Part shown: positions 54,240 to 62,160 of the stretch, in pieces
Layout of the letters: every line of letters begins with the position of its first letter
Position numbering within the stretch: the first letter of the stretch is position 1
Origin: a virus
Lineage: Duplodnaviria > Caudoviricetes
Length of the DNA: 64,000 nucleotides
Reading direction: 5' to 3' (one strand)
IMG/VR virus record: IMGVR_UViG_3300033068_001495
Coordinates: 522 to 64,521 of that record
Position numbers and translations under genes: made by a program
Notes under the pieces: model-generated
Seen by the model: the letters and a program-made list of their open reading frames with translations, nothing else
What the model was told of the DNA's origin: nothing
The model's database searches: none

Positions 54240-55400
54240 ATGACCACCACCCTGACCACCCGCAACGCGACGCTCGCCGACCTGGCGCTCATGCTCACCG
54301 AGCAGAACTCCCGCAAGGTCGACATCGTCGCCCCCGCCAGCAAGATCCGCTCCGAGCGCGGCGTCATCATCGTCGAGGGCACCGACGCCGAGATCACCGC
54401 CGATGGTGTCACGACGCTCGACGGCCGCTACGTGCCGACGTCGATCTTCGACGAGGGCATCGCCGACAAGCTCGGGATGCCGCTGGCGTACGTCCGCAAG
54501 CTGCGCGCCACCCGCCCCGACCTGTACGACGCCAACGTCAACGGCTGGCTGCACGGCGCGCCGCAGTTCATCACCGGCACCGAGATCGACGCCGACACCC
54601 GGTCCTTCATGCTCCGCTGCTTCAAAAGCGACGACGGCGACGGCATCGGCCGGGCGTTCCTGTCGGACTCGTACAAGGTCATCGACCACCTCGACGCTCT
54701 GACCGCGGCGCTGGACGGCGTGAAGCAGACCGGCACCGAGATCGAGATCGACGGGTGCGACCTCACCGACCGCCGCATGTACCTGCGCATCAAGGCCCCC
54801 GCCGTCCAGGCGCTCGCGCCGACGCTGCTCGCCGGATACCGGTCGCCGTTCTCCGGCAAGTCCGGCGCCGACAACCCGACGGTGTTCGCCGGGTTCGTCA
54901 TCAGCAACTCCGAGACGGGTGGCGGCGCCTTCACCATCACACCCCGCCTGATCGTCGAGGTCTGCTCGAACGGCATGAAGCTCACGAAGGACGCCGTGCG
55001 CGCCGTGCACCTCGGTGAGCGCCAGGACGAGGGCGTCATCCGCTGGTCCGAGGAGACGCAGCGCAAGACGCTGGAGCTGATCACCCTGAAGGCCCGCGAC
55101 GCGGTCACCACGTTCCTCGACGTCGCCTACATGGAGCGGGTCATCCGCGACATGGAGGCCGCCGCCGGGCACCCCATCTCCGACGCAGCGAAGGTCATCG
55201 AGTCGGTCGGCAAGAAGCTCTTCACGCAGGAGCAGACCGCCGGGATCCTCGACCACTTCATCAAGGGCGGCCAGCTCACCGCCGGTGGCGTCATGCACGC
55301 CGTCACCTCGTACGCCCAGACCGTCGACGACGCTGACGTCGCCGACGAGCTGGAGGCCAACGGCATCCGGGCGATGGAACTCGCCGCTGCCTCAGCCTGA
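54240..55400 (+). CDS. DUF932-family protein
   Basis: RNATLADLALML..Q..RKVDIV, RAFLSDSYKVIDH, GFVISNSETG.G...PRLIVEVCSNGM. Confidence 0.8.
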   Translation: MTTTLTTRNATLADLALMLTEQNSRKVDIVAPASKIRSERGVIIVEGTDAEITADGVTTLDGRYVPTSIFDEGIADKLGMPLAYVRKLRATRPDLYDANVNGWLHGAPQFITGTEIDADTRSFMLRCFKSDDGDGIGRAFLSDSYKVIDHLDALTAALDGVKQTGTEIEIDGCDLTDRRMYLRIKAPAVQALAPTLLAGYRSPFSGKSGADNPTVFAGFVISNSETGGGAFTITPRLIVEVCSNGMKLTKDAVRAVHLGERQDEGVIRWSEETQRKTLELITLKARDAVTTFLDVAYMERVIRDMEAAAGHPISDAAKVIESVGKKLFTQEQTAGILDHFIKGGQLTAGGVMHAVTSYAQTVDDADVADELEANGIRAMELAAASA

Positions 55401-55431
55401 CGTTCTCCCGGCCGCCGCCCGTGATGGGGTG

Positions 55432-55458
55432 GCGGTGGCCGGGCAACCGGCCCACCGC
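55432..55458 (+). terminator. GC hairpin with GCAA loop
   Basis: GCGGTGG-CCGG-GCAA-CCGG-C-CCACCGC; no U-tract. Confidence 0.4.
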
Positions 55459-55523
55459 GGGTGCCTCATCCACCCTTCCTCTCCCATGCCCGCGGTGGGC
55501 CCCTACCTCGCCAGGAGTCTGCC

Positions 55524-55838
55524 ATGGCCATGCATCCGCCACACACCATCCCGCCGCTGGTCATCGAGCGCGACACCACCCGCCGCGACCGTGTCCTGAA
55601 GGCCCTGGAGTACGCCGCCCAGCACCAGCAACTCCGGTTCCAGTCGATCGACGAGCCTGCTCGTGACGGCTGGGTCGACGGGTACCTGCTGTGCCACCCG
55701 GGCATCGGTGGCAGCGAAGGGCTCCGCCGGGTGCGCGAGCTGCGCGCCGCCGACCAGCCGATCGAGGTGCGCCCCCACCCTGTGCACGGCCGCACCACCC
55801 GCCAGTACCGCATCCGCCGACCCGGGACCCTGTTCTGA
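55524..55838 (+). CDS. winged-helix-like protein
   Basis: GGSEGLRRVRELR...IE.......QYRI; AGGAG RBS. Confidence 0.6.
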   Translation: MAMHPPHTIPPLVIERDTTRRDRVLKALEYAAQHQQLRFQSIDEPARDGWVDGYLLCHPGIGGSEGLRRVRELRAADQPIEVRPHPVHGRTTRQYRIRRPGTLF

Positions 55839-56203
55839 TGGCCAACGACCACGGCATCCGTGTCCCCGAAGTCGCCGACGAGTTGGGCGCCCGCCACCTG
55901 TCCCAGTGGGTGGTCCGAGAGATCGAGCTGCTCACCCCGTCGTGCGGGATCGAATCGCCCGGGTGCGGCCGACCGCACCGGCTGACCGACGCGCAGGTCG
56001 TCACGCTCGCTGCGCTCGTCGCGTGCTTCACCGGCGAGTTCGCACTCCAGGCACCCATGCGTCTCGCGCTCTACACGTCGGTGCACTCGGCGGCCACCAT
56101 CGGTGCCCCAGCGGTGATGATGAGCGGCGGCTACGGACTGTCGCTGACGTACTACCTCGACCTCGACCTGCCCGACCGCATCCGAAAGGCTCAGACCCCA
56201 TGA
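55838..56203 (+). CDS. MerR-like HTH protein (weak)
   Basis: VPEVADELGARHLSQWV...G.GRPHRLTDAQV. Confidence 0.45.
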   Translation: MANDHGIRVPEVADELGARHLSQWVVREIELLTPSCGIESPGCGRPHRLTDAQVVTLAALVACFTGEFALQAPMRLALYTSVHSAATIGAPAVMMSGGYGLSLTYYLDLDLPDRIRKAQTP

Positions 56204-56889
56204 TCCTCACGTACGCTCCCCTGACCACGTGGCCAGGAGAACTCACTCAGCACCGCGAGGAGCCCCGCTTCCGGTCCGACTGGGACAGCACACTCCGCCT
56301 GCTGGGCGACGAGGTCGACAAGTTGGTGTACCCGCCGCACGGCGACCGTCACGCCGTCGCGACGATGCACCTCCCGACGGACGCCCGGTTCATCCGCAAG
56401 GACGGCACGGGCCTGCTGGCCGGGGTCGAGTTCTACCACCCGGGGTGCATGCTCACGGTCCGCGACGCCGAAGGCCGCGAGCTGAAGTTCCCGTCCGACC
56501 GGTACGCCCGCACGTGGGGCCAGCGCCAGCCGTGGCGCGACAACGCCCACGCGATCGCGCTGACCCTGAAGCACCTGCGCGACCTCGAACGGTGGGGCGT
56601 GGCCAGCGAGTCGAAGCAGTACGCCGGGTTCCGGGCGATGCTCGGCTCCGGGATCGCGGTCGGCCAGGCTGAGGATCAGATGACCCCGGCCGAAGCTGCC
56701 GCCTACCTGGCCGAGGCGTCCGACGGGTTCAAGCTGCCCGCCGAGATCCAGTCGTCGGCCACCGTCGCCGACGAGACGTACCGGGTGGCCGCGCACCTGC
56801 ACCACCCCGACAAGCCCACGGGCAACTCGATCGTGTTCGCGAAGGCGGGCAAGGCGATCGCCGTGCTACGGAAGGAGAACCGACGATGA
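56200..56889 (+). CDS. phage protein with C-terminal J-domain (HPD)
   Basis: DNAHAIALTL..LRDLERWGV...QYAGF; YRVAAHLHHPDK..G....F. Confidence 0.75.
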   Translation: MILTYAPLTTWPGELTQHREEPRFRSDWDSTLRLLGDEVDKLVYPPHGDRHAVATMHLPTDARFIRKDGTGLLAGVEFYHPGCMLTVRDAEGRELKFPSDRYARTWGQRQPWRDNAHAIALTLKHLRDLERWGVASESKQYAGFRAMLGSGIAVGQAEDQMTPAEAAAYLAEASDGFKLPAEIQSSATVADETYRVAAHLHHPDKPTGNSIVFAKAGKAIAVLRKENRR

Positions 56890-57341
56890 ACAGGGTCGAG
56901 GTCAGCGGGGGTGTCACGAGGGACCCCGAGCTGCGCTACACCGACGGCGGTGCCGCGGTGATGAACCTCCAGCTCGCGGTGAACGGCGCCCGCTACGACA
57001 GCGACACCCGAACGCAGGTGGTCGACACCACCTACGTGACGGTCGAGCTGTGGGGCTCGCTCGCCGAGGACACCGCTGAGCAGGAACTGTCGAAGGGCTG
57101 CGAAGTCCACGTGCTCGGCACCCTCACGCAGCAGGAACGCGTGAAGCGCGACGGCACGAAGGAGTCGAAGACCCGTGTTCGTGGCATGGTGGTCAACGTG
57201 GTCCGGCGCCGCTCGGGTACCGCAGCGAAGGCCTCGGTCGTCACACCATCCACCCCTCGGGTGAAGCCGCCCAGGTCGTCCGGTCCGCCCCCGCACACCG
57301 AACCACCACCCGGGTACGCCGCCGACGAAGAGCCGTTCTGA
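56886..57341 (+). CDS. ssb: single-stranded DNA-binding protein
   Basis: VEVSGGVTRDPELRYT..G.AV.NLQLAVN...VELWG.LAE...LSKG..VHV.G.L.Q; acidic DEEPF tail. Confidence 0.93.
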   Translation: MNRVEVSGGVTRDPELRYTDGGAAVMNLQLAVNGARYDSDTRTQVVDTTYVTVELWGSLAEDTAEQELSKGCEVHVLGTLTQQERVKRDGTKESKTRVRGMVVNVVRRRSGTAAKASVVTPSTPRVKPPRSSGPPPHTEPPPGYAADEEPF

Positions 57342-57343
57342 GC

Positions 57344-57511
57344 GTGGCGTCCCGCTCGTACTACACCATCCGCCACGTGCCGATCATCGGCCTGACCATC
57401 GTCACACGCCGCGCCAGCTTCGACGGGCTACTCACCGTCGACGGCCGCCGCTTCTTCTGGGGTGACCACGGCCGACGTGAGGCCATCCGCTACGTCTACG
57501 GGAGACGATGA
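57344..57511 (+). CDS. small hypothetical protein (55 aa)
   Basis: Open frame between ssb and the exonuclease, ATGA-coupled; not in the ORF track. Confidence 0.45.
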   Translation: MASRSYYTIRHVPIIGLTIVTRRASFDGLLTVDGRRFFWGDHGRREAIRYVYGRR

Positions 57512-58803
57512 TGCTCATCCCCAACGGGCCCAAAGGCTCCGACGCCGAAGGGTTCCCCACGCTGTACCCGTCGAGGCTCCGTGCCTACGGCGCCGCCCCA
57601 CCCCACGATCGGTACCGCGGGTGCCCCGCCCAGTACCGCGCCCGCTACGTCGACTGCGTGTGCGGCCACCCCCGCGCCGACCACCACGACGGCGCCGACG
57701 CGTGTGTCCACGCCGACGACCCCCGCGAAGGATGCCTCTGCCTCCGGTGGCGGACGGCGGTCGTCGACGTCGTCGAGCCCAACGCACCCCGCGAGTTCGG
57801 CGGCGCGATCCACGACGCCCTGTTCCACATGGAAGAGCACGCCGTCGGCCCCGAAGAGGCGCTCCAAGCTGTCTGGGAACCATCGCTCGACGCAGACAGC
57901 TACCAGGACGCCGTCGAAGTGCTCGACTCGTACCTGGCCCGCGGCGGCCCGATGGCCAAGTACGGCACCCTCGCCGTCGAGATCGAACTCGTCGCGCCGC
58001 TGTACGTCGACGAGGACTTCGGCCCGGTGTACGCCGGTGGCATCATCGACTGGCTCGGCGTCGACGTCAACGAGACGCAGATCATCCACATGGTCGACTA
58101 CAAGTCGAACGCCCGGCCGCTCGACCCCGACGAGGTCCGGAAGGATCTCCAGATGCGGGAGTACGACTGGCTGATCCATCAGTGCTGGGCCGCGCTCGGC
58201 CTGCCCGGCCGCCCGCACACCGTCGCCCACATGGACGGCATCAGGTGGAACGACGTCGAGGTCCGCTACACCGACGGCGATCGCGCCGCCTGGCAGGAGT
58301 GGGCCATCGCGGTCGCGCGCCGCATCCTGCGCGACGACCGTGGCGCACCCCAGCTGACCACCGGGTGCCGGTGGTGTCCCGTCCGGCTCGACTGCCCCGC
58401 CTACCTCGACCTGCCCGGCGTAGCCCAGTCCATCGCGGCGCGCTCCACCGTCACGTCGCTCGACGACCTGTGGGCCTGGCGGAAGAAGGCCGACGAGGCC
58501 CGCAAGGTGCTGGAGGAAGGCGTCAAGGACGTCGACCGGGTGTTCCGCGAGCGCGTCATCGACGAAGGCCCAGTCTCCATGGACGGCCAGGTGTGGCGCG
58601 AGGAGGACGACCTGAAGGACACGCTCGACATGGAACAGCTCCACGACGTGCTCGGCGACGCCCTCTTCTACGACATCGCCAACGCCACGAAGAAGGACGT
58701 CGAACAGATCGCCCGTGCGCACCCCGACAAGAAGGCCGCGATCATGGACTGCTACACGAAGCTGATCACTGGCAAGAAGGTCACGAGGAAGAAGGCGAAA
58801 TGA
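57508..58803 (+). CDS. PD-(D/E)XK exonuclease (RecB/Cas4-like)
   Basis: SRL..Y...CPAQY..RY, GGAIHDAL, GIIDWL, VDYKS, QMREY, CRWCPV..DC. Confidence 0.88.
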   Translation: MMLIPNGPKGSDAEGFPTLYPSRLRAYGAAPPHDRYRGCPAQYRARYVDCVCGHPRADHHDGADACVHADDPREGCLCLRWRTAVVDVVEPNAPREFGGAIHDALFHMEEHAVGPEEALQAVWEPSLDADSYQDAVEVLDSYLARGGPMAKYGTLAVEIELVAPLYVDEDFGPVYAGGIIDWLGVDVNETQIIHMVDYKSNARPLDPDEVRKDLQMREYDWLIHQCWAALGLPGRPHTVAHMDGIRWNDVEVRYTDGDRAAWQEWAIAVARRILRDDRGAPQLTTGCRWCPVRLDCPAYLDLPGVAQSIAARSTVTSLDDLWAWRKKADEARKVLEEGVKDVDRVFRERVIDEGPVSMDGQVWREEDDLKDTLDMEQLHDVLGDALFYDIANATKKDVEQIARAHPDKKAAIMDCYTKLITGKKVTRKKAK

Positions 58804-58940
58804 CCACCGACGAGTCCGTCGAACAAGGCTGCTGGAACGCCGTCGGATGCGGGGTGCTCGTGTTCGTCGCGCTGCTGACGATGGCCGGGTGTGTGTGGGC
58901 CCTCGGCCTGCTCCTGTCGGCCATCAGGGCCCTGCCATGA
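58800..58940 (+). CDS. small membrane protein
   Basis: One TM helix; ATGA-coupled. Confidence 0.55.
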   Translation: MTTDESVEQGCWNAVGCGVLVFVALLTMAGCVWALGLLLSAIRALP

Positions 58941-59299
58941 CCGAGCCCCTGTTCGTGTCTGACGCCGACCCGATCGACGCCGCCCTCGGCGAGCTGCGCC
59001 AGATCCCCCGCTACCCCTTCGCCGACGAGATCGACCGGCCGTTCGTCCGCCGGTTCGTCGAGGACCATCCCACCCTGGACGTCGCCCTGGAGATCCGCAA
59101 GTGGGCCGCCTGGCTCACCGAGCACCCCGAGATCACCCGGCCCAAGCGGAAGAAGACGAACTACCGTGCCCGACTCCTCACGTGGATCACCCGAGCCTCC
59201 ACCTATCACGGCGCGACATCTGGTCGAACGGGTCCAGCGACTAGCGCAGCGAGCCCCGAGGCCTACGGCGCCACCTCCGAGGCGCTGGAGCGATGGTGA
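58937..59299 (+). CDS. putative replication initiator (C-terminal-domain-like)
   Basis: LDVALEIRKWAAWL...KTNYRARLLTWI.RA; directly before the DnaC-like loader. Confidence 0.5.
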   Translation: MTEPLFVSDADPIDAALGELRQIPRYPFADEIDRPFVRRFVEDHPTLDVALEIRKWAAWLTEHPEITRPKRKKTNYRARLLTWITRASTYHGATSGRTGPATSAASPEAYGATSEALERW

Positions 59300-59315
59300 T
59301 CTCCGTGCCGAACTC

Positions 59316-59846
59316 ATGCGCCGCGGTGTCCCCGAGAAGTACGCCGACGCCGAATGGGCCAAGTGCCGGGTCCGCGCACCGCTCCGCGAGTACATCGACG
59401 CACTCCCCCGGAACGTCGCCGACGGGCGCGGCCTGCTGCTGCTCGGCTCGGTTGGCACCGGCAAGTCGTCGTCCGCTGGGCTGCTGTGCCAGGCGGCCAT
59501 CCGTGCCGAGATCGGCTTCCGGTGGTGGTACGTGCCCGACCTCATCCCCCGGCTCGCTGACCGCCAACACGGCGAGTACGTCGCGAAGCAGTGCATCAGC
59601 ACACCGCTCCTCGTGTGGGACGACTTCGGTGTGCAAGGCCTCCGCGACTGGCAACTCGGGCTCCTCGACCGCGTCGTCGAAGGCCGGTACCGGAGGAACC
59701 GTCCGATGGTCGTGACGACCAACCTGACCCGCAAGGCGCTCGAAGACCCGTCGCTCGCACGCATGAACGACCGGTGGTCCGAACGCCGGTTCGTGCTCAC
59801 GATCGCCGGAGAATCCATGCGACGAGACTGGAGAGACGATGGCTGA
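59316..59846 (+). CDS. DnaC/IstB-like AAA+ helicase loader
   Basis: GLLLLGSVGTGKS (Walker A), LVWDDFG (Walker B), VEGRY..NRPMVVTTNL, R..DRW (start uncertain). Confidence 0.85.
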   Translation: MRRGVPEKYADAEWAKCRVRAPLREYIDALPRNVADGRGLLLLGSVGTGKSSSAGLLCQAAIRAEIGFRWWYVPDLIPRLADRQHGEYVAKQCISTPLLVWDDFGVQGLRDWQLGLLDRVVEGRYRRNRPMVVTTNLTRKALEDPSLARMNDRWSERRFVLTIAGESMRRDWRDDG

Positions 59847-60249
59847 CGACGACCCCATGGACGACGAGGAACTGACCGAGCTACGGCTCGCTCACCACGA
59901 GAAGCGAGCCACCGGCACCTGTGACGCCACCGGCGCGCCGTGGCCATGCGAGACGTCTCAGCTGATCGAGCGTCTCGACGCTGCTGTAGCCCGAGTCGCA
60001 GAACCACCCCGAAGGATGTCCTACGAGGAACTCGAAGCACTGCCCGATCTCGCCGTGGTCCTCGACAGCGAGGGCAACGCCTATCAGAAGCGCACGCCGG
60101 ACGGCCAGAAGCTGGGTCGTTGGTTCTCTCCGGCGATCGACGGCTCGGTCCCGACGAAGTGGATGACTGCCGACCTGCTGACGCTGCTCGGTCCGGTCCC
60201 CGCTGCTGCTCCCTCTACCCCAGCACCGACCGAGGAGGTCGAATCGTGA
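59839..60249 (+). CDS. hypothetical protein, two modules
   Basis: Ends with repeat-encoded AAAPSTPAP. Confidence 0.6.
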   Translation: MADDDPMDDEELTELRLAHHEKRATGTCDATGAPWPCETSQLIERLDAAVARVAEPPRRMSYEELEALPDLAVVLDSEGNAYQKRTPDGQKLGRWFSPAIDGSVPTKWMTADLLTLLGPVPAAAPSTPAPTEEVES

Positions 60250-60596
60250 GGAATCAACGCAAGGTGTTGCCGCCGTCCAACCCTCCAGCAAGAGATCGAG
60301 ACGACACCCCGCCACCGCCACCGCCAGAGGACCACGACCGGTGTCCGGACATTGAGTTCCTGAACCTGCATACCGCCATCGACCTTCTCGACGGCTGGGG
60401 TGTCGAGGTCACGGGGCTGGACGGGTGGACGGCCGTCGGGATCTTCCGTCGGGTGACCGAGCGGGGTGATGAGTTGGACGTCTCGCCGCTGTGGTCGAAG
60501 GACGACATCTACCTGATCGAGATCGTCGACACGTTGACGGATGAACTCATCACGAGGACCGATATCCGCAATCTACGAAAGGTGAAGTGCTTGTGA
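60246..60596 (+). CDS. hypothetical protein
   Basis: GAGGAGG RBS; GTGA coupling. Confidence 0.6.
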   Translation: MRNQRKVLPPSNPPARDRDDTPPPPPPEDHDRCPDIEFLNLHTAIDLLDGWGVEVTGLDGWTAVGIFRRVTERGDELDVSPLWSKDDIYLIEIVDTLTDELITRTDIRNLRKVKCL

Positions 60597-60871
60597 CTGA
60601 TGAACTGTTGGGTGCCGACACACGACCCGGAGTGGTGGAGGCAGCGGCTGACGCCCTCACCAACTGCTGGCATCTCGCCGCCCCAGAAGCGGCGGAGCTG
60701 ATGGTTGAACTACTGGCCGACGCCGGGTACGTGATTGTGCCTGCGGTTGAGCTGCTGGACCCAGACGACAGCGAGACGTGTCCGTGTCCGTCCTGCGTCC
60801 ATTACAGGGAGGTCAACGCCGTGCTCGCCGCTGCTGCCCCCTCTACCCCAGCACCGGAGACAGAGCGATGA
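60593..60871 (+). CDS. hypothetical protein
   Basis: CPCPSC; ends with repeat-encoded AAAPSTPAPETER. Confidence 0.6.
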   Translation: MTDELLGADTRPGVVEAAADALTNCWHLAAPEAAELMVELLADAGYVIVPAVELLDPDDSETCPCPSCVHYREVNAVLAAAAPSTPAPETER

Positions 60872-61467
60872 GCGACGAGTCCGTGTTCCTCAGCCTGCCG
60901 TCTGCCGGTGCGATCGCCCAGTGGTTCACCGAAGAGCACAGTGCTGGACGGTTCCAGAACCCCGGTGGTGACGCCACCCTGCTGTCCGATGACCCGCACT
61001 GCACGGTGTGGCTGATGGCGATGGTCGATCACGACGACCAGGAGTTCTACCTGCTCGACATCGCAACGACCCTCGACGAGTCCACAACCCACGATCTCCT
61101 GTTCGTCACCGCCGGACTGAATGAGCGGCTCGCCTGCGAGTGGCGGATGAAGCCGACACCGGCACAGCCGTGGGGCCGAGATGGCCTCGACTGGTTCGCT
61201 GACCGCATCGAGTTCTGGGAAGAGACCCTCGCCGCCTCTGCTCCCTCTACCCCAGCACCGGAGACACCGGGACTGACGCTCGACCCCGAGGACGAAGCTC
61301 TGATCGGTGAGGCGTTCGACTCCGACCCCGACGTCAGACGCCGCCGCTCGGATGCAGCACCGGAGACACCGGCAACGTGCCCGACATGCCGAGGACTCGA
61401 CCGCTACGGCCGATGCCCCGACTGCTTCAGTGCCGTCGCTGCTCCTGAGTCGGGAGACGTGCTGTGA
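60868..61467 (+). CDS. mosaic hypothetical protein (three modules joined by repeat linkers)
   Basis: Linkers ASAPSTPAPETP and AAPETP; terminal CPTC..CPDC module; ends AAPESGDVL. Confidence 0.6.
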   Translation: MSDESVFLSLPSAGAIAQWFTEEHSAGRFQNPGGDATLLSDDPHCTVWLMAMVDHDDQEFYLLDIATTLDESTTHDLLFVTAGLNERLACEWRMKPTPAQPWGRDGLDWFADRIEFWEETLAASAPSTPAPETPGLTLDPEDEALIGEAFDSDPDVRRRRSDAAPETPATCPTCRGLDRYGRCPDCFSAVAAPESGDVL

Positions 61468-61958
61468 GCGGCGGCGAGTTCATCCGTGAGATGCGGTTCC
61501 GGGCGATCCTCTCGCAAGCAGCGCTCGCCGAGGCTGTCGGAGTCGGCACGCCGCACATCTCGAAGATCGAAACTGGGGCCGAGCGACCGTCTGTGGAGCT
61601 GTGCTACGCGATCGCCGAGGTGCTCCCATGTGACGGTGAGCGGCTGGCAGCGATGTTCGGCTACCTGCCCGAGTGGGCCGACCGAGCGCTACGCGAGCAC
61701 CCGATGCTCGCGCTCCTCATGCTAGCCAAGACCGCCCAGTCCGTCGGGCTGCCCAGCGTGAACAGGCAGGACGTGTTCCGCCAGGCGATCTGCGATCTCG
61801 ACGGCGTCTGCGTGGCTGAGGGGTGCAGCGAGGCGGGGCGACCGCTGATGTGTCCTGACCACTGGCGCGCTACACCGAAGCTCGTTCGGGAGGCGTGGTG
61901 GGACGCCACAGCTGCTCTCGTGTCCGCTGCTGCTCCTGAATCGGGAGACGTGCTGTGA
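61464..61958 (+). CDS. XRE-family HTH protein fused to a C..GC...MCPDHW module
   Basis: IREMRFRAILSQAALAEAVGVGTPHISKIETGAERPS..LC..IAEVL. Confidence 0.75.
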   Translation: MSGGEFIREMRFRAILSQAALAEAVGVGTPHISKIETGAERPSVELCYAIAEVLPCDGERLAAMFGYLPEWADRALREHPMLALLMLAKTAQSVGLPSVNRQDVFRQAICDLDGVCVAEGCSEAGRPLMCPDHWRATPKLVREAWWDATAALVSAAAPESGDVL

Positions 61959-62128
61959 GCGGCCGACCTCCGATGGTGGGTGGCCGCGAGATCACCGATT
62001 CGATGGCCCGTGAGCACGCCGCGCACCTGGCCGAGATCGACCGTGCACCGAACCCGAACTGCCCGGTGTGCACCCGCGCCAAGGAGCTGGCCACCACCGA
62101 TCGGGCATCGTCCTACGATGACGAGTAG
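61955..62128 (+). CDS. small hypothetical protein (CPVC)
   Basis: GTGA-coupled after repeat family B; not in the ORF track. Confidence 0.5.
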   Translation: MSGRPPMVGGREITDSMAREHAAHLAEIDRAPNPNCPVCTRAKELATTDRASSYDDE

Positions 62129-62147
62129 GGTTCCGTGACCTGGCTGA
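62107..62147 (+). promoter_or_regulatory. perfect 13-bp operator plus ACCTGGCTGA box
   Basis: ATCGTCCTACGAT 62107-62119; box 62138-62147; GAGGAG RBS before ATG 62161. Confidence 0.65.
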
Positions 62148-62160
62148 CGAGGAGATTCCG

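Larger units (their letters stand above)
60202..61963 (+). repeat. dispersed direct repeats at gene and domain boundaries (two families)
   Basis: Family A CTGCTCCCTCTACCCCAGCACCG(GAGACA) at 60202-60228, 60830-60862, 61238-61270 and partially 61355-61372; family B GCTGCTCCTGARTCGGGAGACGTGCTGTGAGCGGC at 61438-61472 and 61929-61963. Confidence 0.85.

Noticed and set aside
57508-58803. Cas4-like gene as evidence of a CRISPR system
   Set aside because: No other cas genes and no repeat-spacer array; it sits with ssb and SSAP as an ordinary phage recombination exonuclease
52044-60027. GTCCTACG cores at 52044-52056 and 60015-60027
   Set aside because: Inside coding sequence with no nearby -10; a couple of such hits are expected by chance at this GC content
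60202-61963. Repeats as a CRISPR array
   Set aside because: Spacing is irregular (about 100-630 nt), the repeats are translated in frame, and there are two different families
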